Of a stretch of DNA of 32,000 nucleotides, positions 1-8,584 are shown piece by piece (the first letter of the stretch is position 1; each line of letters begins with the position of its first letter). The stretch is from positions 2,070,001 to 2,102,000 of the forward strand of contig NC_017448.1 of the NCBI RefSeq assembly GCF_000146505.1, in the 5' to 3' direction. Both the position numbers and the translations under genes were made by a program. Under the pieces are notes generated by a model that worked only from the letters and a program-made list of their open reading frames with translations, had not been told where the DNA came from and did not search any database. The stretch is from Fibrobacter succinogenes subsp. succinogenes S85. Its GTDB lineage: Bacteria > Fibrobacterota > Fibrobacteria > Fibrobacterales > Fibrobacteraceae.

Positions 1-24
1 GAAATATATAAATTTTCTGTCAAC

Positions 25-1618
25 ATGAATAAAGCCGCTGTTATTGTTGCCGTTTCGATGCTCCTGAGCCGCGTACTCGGGATTTTCCGTGAAATGCTCC
101 TCGCCCACGCCGCCGGCGTGTCGCTTGAAAAAAACGCCCTTGACCTCGCCTTCATGATTCCAGACATCCTGAATCACGTGGTCAGCACCGGATTTTTGTC
201 CATTATATTTATTCCGATTTTCACGGGCTACAAAGTCGCAGGTGACGAGAAGGCGGGCTGGAAGTTCTTCAGCAACGTGCTCAACACCTTCGGGCTTGCA
301 CTGTTGATTCTCGTGATTCCGGCATTCATTTGGATGAAGGAACTCATCTCGCTCTTGACCGTCGATGGCGTGACGCCCGAGCTTTTGGAACGCGCAACCT
401 ATTACGGACGTATTATCCTTCCGGGGCAAATCTTCATCTTTGTCGGTAGCATCCTTGTCGCGGTCCAGCATACTCGCAAGCAGTTCCTGATTCCCTCCCT
501 CACTGGTCTTATTTACAACATTGCGATTGTCGGTGGCGGTGCCGCAGGCCTTGCGCTCACGAATTACACCGGCAACGATTACGGTCTCGCCGGATTTGCT
601 TGGGGCGTTCCGGTCGGCGCATTCATCGGATTTTTCGCTCTCCAGATTTTTGGCGCCAAGCGTGGCGGCGTCCATTATGAATTTATCATTGAACCGAAGC
701 ACCCGGATATCGCGCGCTATTTCAAGATGATGCTCCCGATGTCTCTTGGCGTGGGTTCCATGTTCGGCCCTTGAATTTATCATCCGTAGCTTCGGTGCAA
801 ACTTTGGCACAAGCGGCATTTCGAGCCTCAACTACGCTTACCGCGTCATGTACACGCTCGTTGCAGTCTTCGGATTCTCGGTCAGCGTCACAAGCTACCC
901 CGACATGGCGCGTCTCGTCAAGGAAGGCGACTTCCCGCAACTCAACCGCAAAATCTGGAAAAGCCTCTCGCGCATGTTCTGCATTTTGATTCCGGCAGTT
1001 GTCGCCGTGTGGGCTTTGAGCTTCCCGGCTGTGCGCATTCTCTTTGAACGTGGCGCTTTCCACCGCGAAACGACCGAAGCGATTTCTGAAATTCTCCGCT
1101 GGTACTTGCCCGTAAGCCTTGGGCTTTGCCTGCAGGCGGTTCTCGTCCGCAGCTTCTACGCTTGTGAACGCATGTGGGTCCCGACACTTTTGAACACCGG
1201 CATCTTTGCAGCGACCATCCCCGCCTACATTTTGCTTGGCGCCCCCGAAGTGGGGCTTGGCATCAAGAGCGTCCCGATTATCGGTGCTACAGGCGCCATT
1301 CTGCAAGTGATTTCGATGATTTTCATGTGGGCTAAAAAGAACGGCACTGACGGCATGAAGGAAGCTCTTTTCAACATGGCTCGCGCCCTCGTCGCTTTTG
1401 GCATCATGATTGCAGCTGCAGTCGGCCTAGACCACATTTCTGGAGACTTTGTCCGCAATGCAGGATTTATTGCGCTCGTCGTTTACGCTTGCGCCGCAGG
1501 AATTGCACTCTTTACGCTTACGCTCATCATCCAGCGTTACCTCGGCAGCAAAGATGCCAAAGACATTCTGAACGAGCTCTTAGGAAAGGTTCTCCGCAAG
1601 CTGCACCTCGCACATTAA
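25..1618 (+). pseudogene. murJ: MurJ/MviN-family lipid II flippase. The open frame is broken once: 25..774 in frame 1, continuing as 746..1618 in frame 2.
   Basis: The N-terminus MNKAAVIVAVSMLLSRVLGIFREMLLA and the later SLNYAYRVMYTLVAVFG and RSFYACERMWVP segments look like MurJ helices. The two ORFs together give about 530 aa, the usual MurJ size. Dropping one base from the GG/CCC runs at 766-770 restores a continuous ..LGVGSMFALEFIIRSFG.. reading. Confidence 0.8.
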
Positions 1619-1623
1619 AAATA

Positions 1624-1643
1624 GCGGACAAAAACATGTCCGC
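1624..1643. terminator. Hairpin between the convergent murJ and lipoprotein genes
   Basis: GCGGACA-aaaaca-TGTCCGC forms a 7-bp stem. It sits in the 35-nt gap between two convergent stop codons. There is no long U tract. Confidence 0.45.
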
Positions 1644-1653
1644 CACCATTCTA

Positions 1654-2034
1654 CTATAATCTACCGCCGTATTCATCATCTCTCGTCGGCGGTAAAATAT
1701 CTTCTGGCAAGGGCTCTGACCTTGCCATATTGTCGTCTTGAAATCCGTTGAACATCCACTTGAAAAATCCAACGGTCCCGCCGAGAATGGCGCCAACAGC
1801 AAAGCCTCCGGCAGCAGCCGCAAGGCCAAACAATCCTAATTGTTCAACATCTTTACTTGAAGAACCCTCTTCGCTTAACGAACCCGCCACACACATTGCA
1901 GCAAAGCCCGGCCCCGCTAAAGTCACCCCAGTATTCGCGGCATAGCGGATCATGGGATTTGGGTTCCGGCTAACAGCGCAGCCCACAAGGCTAAGCGCAA
2001 GCAACATGCAAATGACAACTCTCAACAAACTCAT
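1654..2034 (-). CDS. Small lipoprotein with a C-terminal glycine-zipper hydrophobic segment; function unknown
   Basis: The sequence MSLLRVVICMLLALSLVG|C gives a signal peptide plus lipobox. AGGA lies 4 nt upstream of ATG 2034, whereas the longer 2109 start has no RBS. There is a Gly/Ala-rich segment LGLFGLAAAAGGFAVGAILGGTVGFF. Confidence 0.6.
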   Translation of the reverse strand: MSLLRVVICMLLALSLVGCAVSRNPNPMIRYAANTGVTLAGPGFAAMCVAGSLSEEGSSSKDVEQLGLFGLAAAAGGFAVGAILGGTVGFFKWMFNGFQDDNMARSEPLPEDILPPTRDDEYGGRL

Positions 2035-2125
2035 ATTCCTAATATAAAGCAAACGTACTAAAACACCAATAATCGCATTCCAAATTTGCGACAATGTAGC
2101 AAAAATCAAGGATAAAGCGTAAACG

Positions 2126-2153
2126 AAAAGAGCCCGGCAATTTCACCGAGCTC
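2126..2153 (-). terminator. Rho-independent terminator of esterase paralog 1
   Basis: On the minus strand GAGCTCGG-tgaaattg-CCGGGCTC (8 bp, one G-U pair) is followed by TTTT. It begins 8 nt after the stop codon at 2162-2164. Confidence 0.6.
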
Positions 2154-2161
2154 CATAAAAT

Positions 2162-3583
2162 TTATCGTATCGAGATTCGCGTCTTGTACGAGGTCGTAGC
2201 GCCACGAATCTTAACGATGTAATTACCCGCAGGGACTTCGCTCAGCAAGTTCGAAGACTCGAGCGAACCGTCCGCAGGGTTACCGATTCTACCCTTCCAC
2301 ACGATGTGTCCCGTCAAGTCCACGATGCTGATATTCACAGGCTCGTTCACACGGGAAATTGAGATAGAACGGCCGTCCACCGTGACCTTCGGGAGTACCA
2401 TCTTCACATCGTGCATTTTCTTGAGGGCAATAGTACCCGCATTAGAGCCAATCACCGGTTCTGGCTTCTTGTTCATGTACAGCGGAGCCACAGCTTCGGC
2501 CCACAAGCGGTGCATGGCTGCACCACCCGCCGGGTTTGCCGGGTGCACACCGTCTTCAGAAATGAGTTCCGGGTGCGCCAAGAAATAGTTGTAGAAGTCC
2601 GGTCCCGGAATCAAGTTGTTATCCCTGACCAGCTTATCGATCGCGTCCAGGAATTCCTGGGGGACCTGCCAGCCAGAGTACACCGGGTTTGTCGCAATCA
2701 TACGGGCGATAATCGGGGTAATCCCATGAGCCTTTGCAGTATCGATAATCATCTGCATGTTCCTCGTGAACTGCTCGACGGTATAGTCGTTACCCACCCA
2801 GGCGTCATTCGTACCCATTTCAATCGCCCAGTACTTCACGTTACCCGCGTATTCTGCATAATACTTAAGAGCATCGGCAACGCCCTGGCTCGTGACGCAA
2901 GCGACACCGCCACGGATCATCGCCGGGTAATAGCTCGGGAACCTCGCATGGATCAACTGCGCAAAGTTTGAGTCCACCGCATACTGTTTCATGCCCATCT
3001 GCGTGATACTCGTACCCATAAAGAACCATGTATCGTCTCCACCATTGCTTATATCGTATGCACTGACTTCCTCCAAATAAATTGCCGGAGTCGAAGCCAA
3101 AATACGGAACCAGGACATCCCTTCAAAATCAATGGCTATACCACGGGATGCCGCACCGCTCTCGCCAATTTCGGCAGCGATTTGCCAGTCACCGTCCACA
3201 CCGTTTGTGGAATTGGCAGACGTCATGATCTTGAAATTCTGCAACGTGGAACCAATCGCAAGGTTATGCAAGCAACCCTGTGCATACACGTAATCCTGGC
3301 TAGCCCATGCTTCGTCACCACGCGTATCCCACGTGATGAACAACTTGGACGGTCCCTGACCCACGTTCAACGCAAAATCATTCACAATGGTAATTTGGTT
3401 AGAATCCAATTTACCATCTGTATAGACCAAAGGATCTAAATCATTGGCCACCGCCCCTGCAACGTAGAGGGGTTTGCCCATGCTCACATTAGGGTTTGCC
3501 GTAATAGCAAATGCGCTACCACAAGCGACTGCACAACCGAGAGCAGCTCCCCAGAGCATCTGTGTAAATTTAGACATCGACAT
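2162..3583 (-). CDS. Secreted SGNH/GDSL-family esterase with an N-terminal beta-sandwich (CBM/discoidin-like) domain and a T9SS-type C-terminal sorting domain (paralog 1)
   Basis: The signal peptide is MSMSKFTQMLWGAALGCAVACGSAFA. SGNH blocks are GTSITQ (I), EMGTNDAW (III) and DGVHP (V). The last ~85 aa (..VDLTGHIVWKG..GNYIVKIRG..TRISIR) resemble a Por/T9SS C-terminal domain. The start is set at ATG 3583, directly behind GGGGTGTGGT. Confidence 0.75.
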   Translation of the reverse strand: MSMSKFTQMLWGAALGCAVACGSAFAITANPNVSMGKPLYVAGAVANDLDPLVYTDGKLDSNQITIVNDFALNVGQGPSKLFITWDTRGDEAWASQDYVYAQGCLHNLAIGSTLQNFKIMTSANSTNGVDGDWQIAAEIGESGAASRGIAIDFEGMSWFRILASTPAIYLEEVSAYDISNGGDDTWFFMGTSITQMGMKQYAVDSNFAQLIHARFPSYYPAMIRGGVACVTSQGVADALKYYAEYAGNVKYWAIEMGTNDAWVGNDYTVEQFTRNMQMIIDTAKAHGITPIIARMIATNPVYSGWQVPQEFLDAIDKLVRDNNLIPGPDFYNYFLAHPELISEDGVHPANPAGGAAMHRLWAEAVAPLYMNKKPEPVIGSNAGTIALKKMHDVKMVLPKVTVDGRSISISRVNEPVNISIVDLTGHIVWKGRIGNPADGSLESSNLLSEVPAGNYIVKIRGATTSYKTRISIR

Positions 3584-3614
3584 ACCACACCCCATTGTTT
3601 TGGCCACCAATCAT

Positions 3615-3638
3615 AAAAATAGGTTATTATGGGGTAAA
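3615..3638 (-). promoter_or_regulatory. Upstream block conserved between the two esterase paralogs; possible promoter with a CATAAT -10-like hexamer
   Basis: The minus strand reads TTTACCCCATAATAACCTATTTT. Paralog 2 has TTTGCCCCATAATAATTTATTTT at 5190-5213. Conservation could simply reflect the duplication. Confidence 0.3.
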
Positions 3639-3669
3639 GTTATAAAATGTATGAAATTTGACATATCAG

Positions 3670-3693
3670 AAAAGGTGACGCAAGTCACCTTTT
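3670..3693 (-). terminator. Hairpin terminator between the two esterase genes
   Basis: AAAAGGTGAC-gcaa-GTCACCTTTT forms a perfect 10-bp stem with A/T runs on both sides. A weaker hairpin (ACTCC-aaaaa-GGAGT, 3729-3747) lies directly after the paralog 2 stop codon. Confidence 0.6.
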
Positions 3694-3757
3694 GACATTA
3701 AAATCAACGAAATTTGGCACAAAATAGAATACTCCAAAAAGGAGTGTTTGCAATTTT

Positions 3758-5140
3758 TTACTTAACGGATATCTTTGTCGAGTAATTGCTATTTGCACCG
3801 CGAACATTCACGAAGTAATTTCCCGCGCGCATTTTTGGAATTCCCGTCGAGCCGTTCCATACGACGTGGCCCATCGCATCCATGATGGTCACGCGGTCAT
3901 TTTCGCGCAACCCGGAAATTGAAATTTCACGACCATTCACGTTCACGCGCGGCAATGCAAAATTCACATTGTGCATTTTCGGGAGTGACGTGCCTCCACA
4001 GCCAACAACGTCGGGTCTATTGGCACACGGATCATCCTTGTACAAAGGCGCCACGGCCTCCGCCCACAAACGGTGCATCGACTGTCCGCCCTTAGGCTCT
4101 GCCGGGTGTACGCCATCGCTTGCAGAAAGTTCTTCGGGATGTTTCAAAAAGTAATTGTAGAAATCAGGGCCGGCCGGCAATTCATTATCTTTCGTGAGCT
4201 TGTCGATGGCGTCGAGGTAATCCTGATGCACCTGCCACTTTGCAATTTCGGGATTCGTTGCAATCATGCGGGCGATAATCGGAGTAATGCCATGCGCTTT
4301 TGCCGTATCGATAATCGTCTGCAAGTTCTTCGTGAACGTTTCAACATTCGTATTGCTACCGCCCCAGGCATCGTTTGTTCCCATTTCAATTGCCCAGAAC
4401 TTCACGTTCCCTACGTATTCCGCGTAATACTTGAGCGCATCGACAACGCCCTGGCTTGTGACGCAACCAATGCCACCGCGAAGCATCGCCGGGTAGTAAT
4501 CCGCAAAACGCGCGTGAATCAACTGCGCAAAATTCGAATCAACGGTAAACTGTTTCATGCCCATCTGGCTGATGCTTGTGCCCATGAAGAACCACGTATC
4601 GTCCCCGCCATTGCTAATGTCGTACGCACCGACTTCTTCGAGATTTTTCACCGGAGATTCTGCCACAATGCGGAACCAGGACTTGCCTGCAAAATCAATC
4701 GCAAGCCCGCGGGACGTAACACCGCTCTCGCCCACTTCGGCAACCGTCTCCCAATCGCCATCCACGCCGTTCGTCGTGTTTGCCGACGTCATCACCTTGA
4801 AGTTCTTTAAAGTCGCACCTTCGGCAAAGGAATGTTGGCAACTCGCGGCATGCACAAACTCTTCGCTCGCCCATGCTTCGTCACCACGCGTTTCCCACGT
4901 GATGAACAGCTTTGTCGGACCCTCGCCCACGTTCAGCGCAAAATCCGACACCGACGCGACCTGGTTAAAGTCGAGCGTTCCATCGGTATAGACTTCAGGT
5001 TTCCAATTGGAATTGACAGCACCCGCCACGTAGAGGTTCTTACCCAGACTCACGTTCGGATTCGCCGTAATGGCAAAAGCACTGCCGCAAGCGCAACCTA
5101 GCGCAACGCCCAGCACTTGCAAAACTCTTGTGTTTTTCAT
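3758..5140 (-). CDS. Secreted SGNH/GDSL-family esterase, paralog 2, with the same three-domain layout
   Basis: It is colinear with 2162-3583 and highly similar throughout, for example ITANPNVS.GK.LYVAGAV, KLFITW.TRGDEAWAS, GGDDTWFFMGTSI.QMGMKQ, WAIEMGTNDAW and DGVHPA. The signal peptide is MKNTRVLQVLGVALGCACGSAFA. ATG 5140 lies behind GGGGTGTGAA. Confidence 0.75.
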   Translation of the reverse strand: MKNTRVLQVLGVALGCACGSAFAITANPNVSLGKNLYVAGAVNSNWKPEVYTDGTLDFNQVASVSDFALNVGEGPTKLFITWETRGDEAWASEEFVHAASCQHSFAEGATLKNFKVMTSANTTNGVDGDWETVAEVGESGVTSRGLAIDFAGKSWFRIVAESPVKNLEEVGAYDISNGGDDTWFFMGTSISQMGMKQFTVDSNFAQLIHARFADYYPAMLRGGIGCVTSQGVVDALKYYAEYVGNVKFWAIEMGTNDAWGGSNTNVETFTKNLQTIIDTAKAHGITPIIARMIATNPEIAKWQVHQDYLDAIDKLTKDNELPAGPDFYNYFLKHPEELSASDGVHPAEPKGGQSMHRLWAEAVAPLYKDDPCANRPDVVGCGGTSLPKMHNVNFALPRVNVNGREISISGLRENDRVTIMDAMGHVVWNGSTGIPKMRAGNYFVNVRGANSNYSTKISVK

Positions 5141-5158
5141 TTCACACCCCAAAAACTA

Positions 5159-5182
5159 CATATCCTATTTATTAAGGATATG
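5159..5182 (-). promoter_or_regulatory. Leader hairpin upstream of esterase paralog 2
   Basis: CATATCCT-n8-AGGATATG forms an 8-bp stem. It lies between the conserved upstream block and the start codon. On the minus strand it is followed by tagTTTTT. Paralog 1 has no counterpart. Confidence 0.35.
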
Positions 5183-5189
5183 CTTTTCA

Positions 5190-5213
5190 GAAAATAAATT
5201 ATTATGGGGCAAA
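5190..5213 (-). promoter_or_regulatory. Conserved upstream block of esterase paralog 2 (see 3615-3638)
   Basis: The minus strand reads TTTGCCCCATAATAATTTATTTT. Confidence 0.3.
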
Positions 5214-5263
5214 TATCTCAAAAAATTGATTCAGGTGTGGACATTTTTGTCGAGAGATGTTCC

Positions 5264-7027
5264 TTACCTTCCGTTATCTCGCAGGCGATAGAGCACGCAC
5301 GCGATATCAATCGGACGCGGTAGGCTCATTTCACGACTCAAGCCTTGCGGCAAGTTGCGGAACCCGACATTCTTGATTTTTTCGCAGAGCGCATTGATGC
5401 GTTTCATAATCGTCGCCTTCGAAGATTCGCCATTAGCATCGTTGTTGCTTGCCGCATTCTGGCAGAGGTTCAACAGCATGAACCCAGCACCGAATCGCTG
5501 TTGCTTATCCACAAGCGCACCCGCCTTAGACGTATCCGAGACGAGGAAACCGATTTGCAGCAACGTATCGCCCGAGATTTTCACTTTCACCTGGCGCTCC
5601 ACAGCAGATGCAGGGCGGAGTGACGGGAGCAATGGCTTCACGTATTCCGCAAAGTCGCGGCACTCAGGTTCCACAAATGCGGGCAACCCCGGCACGACTT
5701 TCGCAGCATCACCGGCAGCCGAGCCAACAGCACTATCAGAGAGTCCGGCCGCTACATTCTTTCCATTGATTCTTGCGCATTCTGCCTTATACGATGCCAT
5801 CACGATGATGTTATCCGCCAAGTCCAAAAAGTCTCCGCAAGCGCCCGCCACCAGAATAAAGCTACGGCCCTTGATTTCACGGATGCGGTCCGTGAGCGGA
5901 ATAAGCGGTTCGCGGTCATCGCCCAAAAGCTTACGCACACGCACATCGCGAATGAGGAAGTTCACGGCAGAGGAGTCTTCGTCAATCAAGAAGACATCGC
6001 TCCCCGCTTCCATCGCTTCCATCAAGTTCGCGGCCTCGCTCGTCGAGCCCGACGCACAAGCGGTCGTAAAGTTCTTTGTCGAGATTCCACCCGGCAGGTC
6101 ACGCACAAACTGCGAAAGGTCCGTGCCTCGCACGCTGCGGCCGTCTTCGACGCCCACGCGCACCGCCGATTCGCTCACGACAATGCCTTCGCGGCCATCT
6201 CCCGGAATATGCGGGTAAACAGATTTCGTCAAGGCCTGCAAAAGCGTCGATTTTCCGTGGAACGCCCCGCCCGAAATCACGGTGATTCCCTTCGGGATTC
6301 CCATACCGCGGATTTCACGGCCATTAGCAACAAGCGTCACCGCCATTTCTTCGGGCGCCACAAACGGAACAGCCCCTTCCATCGGGAGTTCACTGAGTCC
6401 CGATGCACGCGGGAGCACGGCGCCATCCGGCACAAACGCACAAAGTCCACGTTCCTCGAGCTGCGACAAAATTTCCTTGCGCTCGGCAAGCACGCGGTAA
6501 TGTTCGACAAGTTCCGGCTCTACGCCATCCTTCTTCGATTCGCCCGAATTATAGAGTGCCGCCGAAACCAGGTCCGGCAAGACCATTGTCAAAATCTCGG
6601 CAGCGGCTTCCGCCTGAATCTTGCGACCGTCGCCCGGCAAGCGCACCTGCAAGCAAGCACGCAACTCGCCATTGTCAACCCAGAGCGCGTTTCGCACTAG
6701 CATTTCAGGTCCAGCAGTGTCAAAGACGACCGCCGCATCCCTGTCGGGGTACTTTTCACGCACAAGCGCAGAAAGCCTACGGTAAAGGTAATCGCTCAAT
6801 GCCAGGCGGCGTTCAAACGAGCCTCCCCATTCGCTCGGGAAACCAAGCATTAACAAACTCGCCTTGATCATCACGCGAGATGCCGGTGCGTACGGGTCTC
6901 CCTGCACATGCAGGAATTCCAGCACAAAGTCTCCAAAATCCCATGAGCGGTCCGCCAAGGACTTGTAAAGACCGTAATTTTTCCCTTGTAAACTGCGAAT
7001 TTTCTGGTAAAGAGCTTTCATATACAT
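5264..7027 (-). CDS. ABC-class ATPase domain protein (COG3044 / Pfam ABC_ATPase-like), function unknown
   Basis: The N-terminus ..LQGKNYGLYKSLADRSWDFGDFVLEFLHVQGDPYAPASRVMIKA is characteristic of this family. There is a Walker A-like GGAFHGKSTLLQAL and a Walker B-like DVFLIDEDSSAVNFL. The start could be 7027 or 7021. Confidence 0.7.
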   Translation of the reverse strand: MYMKALYQKIRSLQGKNYGLYKSLADRSWDFGDFVLEFLHVQGDPYAPASRVMIKASLLMLGFPSEWGGSFERRLALSDYLYRRLSALVREKYPDRDAAVVFDTAGPEMLVRNALWVDNGELRACLQVRLPGDGRKIQAEAAAEILTMVLPDLVSAALYNSGESKKDGVEPELVEHYRVLAERKEILSQLEERGLCAFVPDGAVLPRASGLSELPMEGAVPFVAPEEMAVTLVANGREIRGMGIPKGITVISGGAFHGKSTLLQALTKSVYPHIPGDGREGIVVSESAVRVGVEDGRSVRGTDLSQFVRDLPGGISTKNFTTACASGSTSEAANLMEAMEAGSDVFLIDEDSSAVNFLIRDVRVRKLLGDDREPLIPLTDRIREIKGRSFILVAGACGDFLDLADNIIVMASYKAECARINGKNVAAGLSDSAVGSAAGDAAKVVPGLPAFVEPECRDFAEYVKPLLPSLRPASAVERQVKVKISGDTLLQIGFLVSDTSKAGALVDKQQRFGAGFMLLNLCQNAASNNDANGESSKATIMKRINALCEKIKNVGFRNLPQGLSREMSLPRPIDIACVLYRLRDNGR

Positions 7028-7164
7028 AAAAGTAGTTAAACTAGACCAATTTTACACCTATTATTTACGCACATTTTACGGCACTTTAACATTTGTCCTG
7101 TAAAAAAAGAATTAAATTCTAGGTGTGAACTAACTCTTTTACATGCTAATCAGGAGTACAACCC

Positions 7165-7716
7165 ATGAAAAAGCTTTTCTTTTTTGCCTTGATGATGGCA
7201 TTCCTCTTCACGACCGCTGTCGCTGACGAAGAAGATCCACCTCCGCGCGGCAAGTCCGCAATCGTCAATATCATCACTGAACCGCCTAACAGCGACGTGT
7301 TCCTCGGTGGTGAACCTCTCGGCAAGAGCCCGATCAAGGATAAGGAAGTCACTTCCGGCCGCCAGACGCTCGTCGTCATCGACCAGGGCTTCGAACTCGT
7401 GAACAAGCGCGTGAATATCTGGCCGGGCAAGGACAGCCGCAACAACTTTGACTTCAGCACCAGAATCCCGAAGGGCCACGTCAAGATTACGACGAACCCG
7501 CCGCGTTGCCGCATCTACGTTGACGGTGAACTTTCCGACAAGACCGACGGTGCAGAACTCGTCGTCCGCAACCTCGACGCCGGTGACCACGTGATCCGCG
7601 CCGAATGCAGCAACCGCAAGAGTGCAGAAACTCTCGTGACCATCAAGGGCGAAGAAACTGTTGACGCATTCCTCGATGCAACGACCGGTTCCAAGAGCAA
7701 GAAGAAAAAGCGCTAA
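7165..7716 (+). CDS. Secreted protein with two PEGA domains and a basic C-terminal tail
   Basis: CAGGAG lies 8 nt upstream of the start. The signal peptide is MKKLFFFALMMAFLFTTAVA. The PEGA-like repeats are VNIITEPPNSDVFLGGEPLGKSP..GRQTLVV and VKITTNPPRCRIYVDGEL..LDAGDHVIRAE. The protein ends in SKSKKKKR. Confidence 0.7.
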   Translation: MKKLFFFALMMAFLFTTAVADEEDPPPRGKSAIVNIITEPPNSDVFLGGEPLGKSPIKDKEVTSGRQTLVVIDQGFELVNKRVNIWPGKDSRNNFDFSTRIPKGHVKITTNPPRCRIYVDGELSDKTDGAELVVRNLDAGDHVIRAECSNRKSAETLVTIKGEETVDAFLDATTGSKSKKKKR

Positions 7717-7745
7717 TCTTTAGGAAACAACGACTTTTTTTAAAG

Positions 7746-7771
7746 AACTCCCCTTTTGGGGAGTTTTTTTT
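7746..7771 (+). terminator. Rho-independent terminator after the PEGA gene
   Basis: AACTCCCC-tttt-GGGGAGTT is followed by TTTTTT. Confidence 0.8.
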
Positions 7772-7823
7772 AAGTTTTTTTTGTATGTTTATAACATAAA
7801 TATTTCCAATCTAGGAGAAAAAA

Positions 7824-8432
7824 ATGTCAAAAATTTGGATTTTCGCCATTTGTGCAGGCCTCGCTATATTCTCTGGTTGCGCCAGTGACGGAGGCAAAAA
7901 AGTAACCCGTCTCGACACCAACGCCGTTACCGACCTCTCCGGCAGCTGGAACGATACCGATTCCCGCCTTGTCGCCGAAGAAATGATCAACGACTGCCTC
8001 AGCCGTCCGTGGTACAACGACTTCGCTTCCCAGAAGGGTTCTGTACCGACTATCGTGATTGGCAAGGTCCGCAACAAGAGCCACGAGCACATCCGCGTCG
8101 AAACGTTCATCAAGGATATCGAACGCGCCCTCATCAACTCCAGCAAGGCTGAATTCGTGGCAAACTCCAATGAACGTGCCGACCTGCGCGACGAACTTGC
8201 AGACCAGCAGGGCAACACCACTGAAGAAACCACAAAGGATGCAGGCATGGAAATCGGTGCAGACCTCATGCTGACCGGTACCATCAACTCCATCATTGAC
8301 CAGGAAGGTGGCGAACAGGTTGTCTTCTACCAGGTGGACATGGAACTCACCGACATCCAGAGCCATCGCAAGGTTTGGCTTGGCGACAAGAAGATCAAGA
8401 AGTACGTCGCGAAAAGCAGCGTGAAGTTCTAA
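7824..8432 (+). CDS. LpoB-like (COG3417-type) outer-membrane lipoprotein
   Basis: AGGAG lies 7 nt upstream of the start. The lipobox is LAIFSG|C. The layout matches the LpoB fold: W..TD...VAEEM...., IVIGKVRNKS, F...IERALINS.KAEFV, GADLMLTGTI, YQVDMELTD....KVW. Confidence 0.6.
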   Translation: MSKIWIFAICAGLAIFSGCASDGGKKVTRLDTNAVTDLSGSWNDTDSRLVAEEMINDCLSRPWYNDFASQKGSVPTIVIGKVRNKSHEHIRVETFIKDIERALINSSKAEFVANSNERADLRDELADQQGNTTEETTKDAGMEIGADLMLTGTINSIIDQEGGEQVVFYQVDMELTDIQSHRKVWLGDKKIKKYVAKSSVKF

Positions 8433-8438
8433 TCTGAA

Positions 8439-8534
8439 TAGTTGGCAGAACTTAGACCGCTACGCTCTTAGAACTTAGTTGAGAAAGCAAATATTCTAAG
8501 CACCAACGTCTAAGATCTAAGCTCTAAGTTCTAA
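8439..8534. repeat. Degenerate heptanucleotide repeat region: TTAG-type words on the left, then six in-phase NNTCTAA units at 8493-8534
   Basis: The left part is tagTTGGCAG AACTTAG ... cTTAGaaCTTAG. The array is attctaa gcaccaa cgtctaa gatctaa gctctaa gttctaa. The left TTAGAACTTAG (8467-8477) is the reverse complement of CTAAGTTCTAA (8524-8534). Confidence 0.7.
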
Positions 8535-8545
8535 TAACTTTAAAC

Positions 8546-8568
8546 GCTCGCACCCGCGAGCACTTTTT
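8546..8568 (+). terminator. GC-rich hairpin plus T run, 16 nt before the next start codon
   Basis: GCTCGC-accc-GCGAGC is followed by acTTTTT. It could be a leaky terminator or attenuator between the LpoB-like gene and the 465-aa lipoprotein gene. Confidence 0.5.
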
Positions 8569-8584
8569 ATATAAATTTGCTTAT

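Noticed and set aside
7146-7590. Minus-strand ORFs of 122-146 aa overlapping the PEGA gene, and a 179-aa ORF opposite the LpoB-like gene.
   Set aside because: They are antisense to genes with RBS, signal peptide and domain motifs, and they have none of these features themselves.
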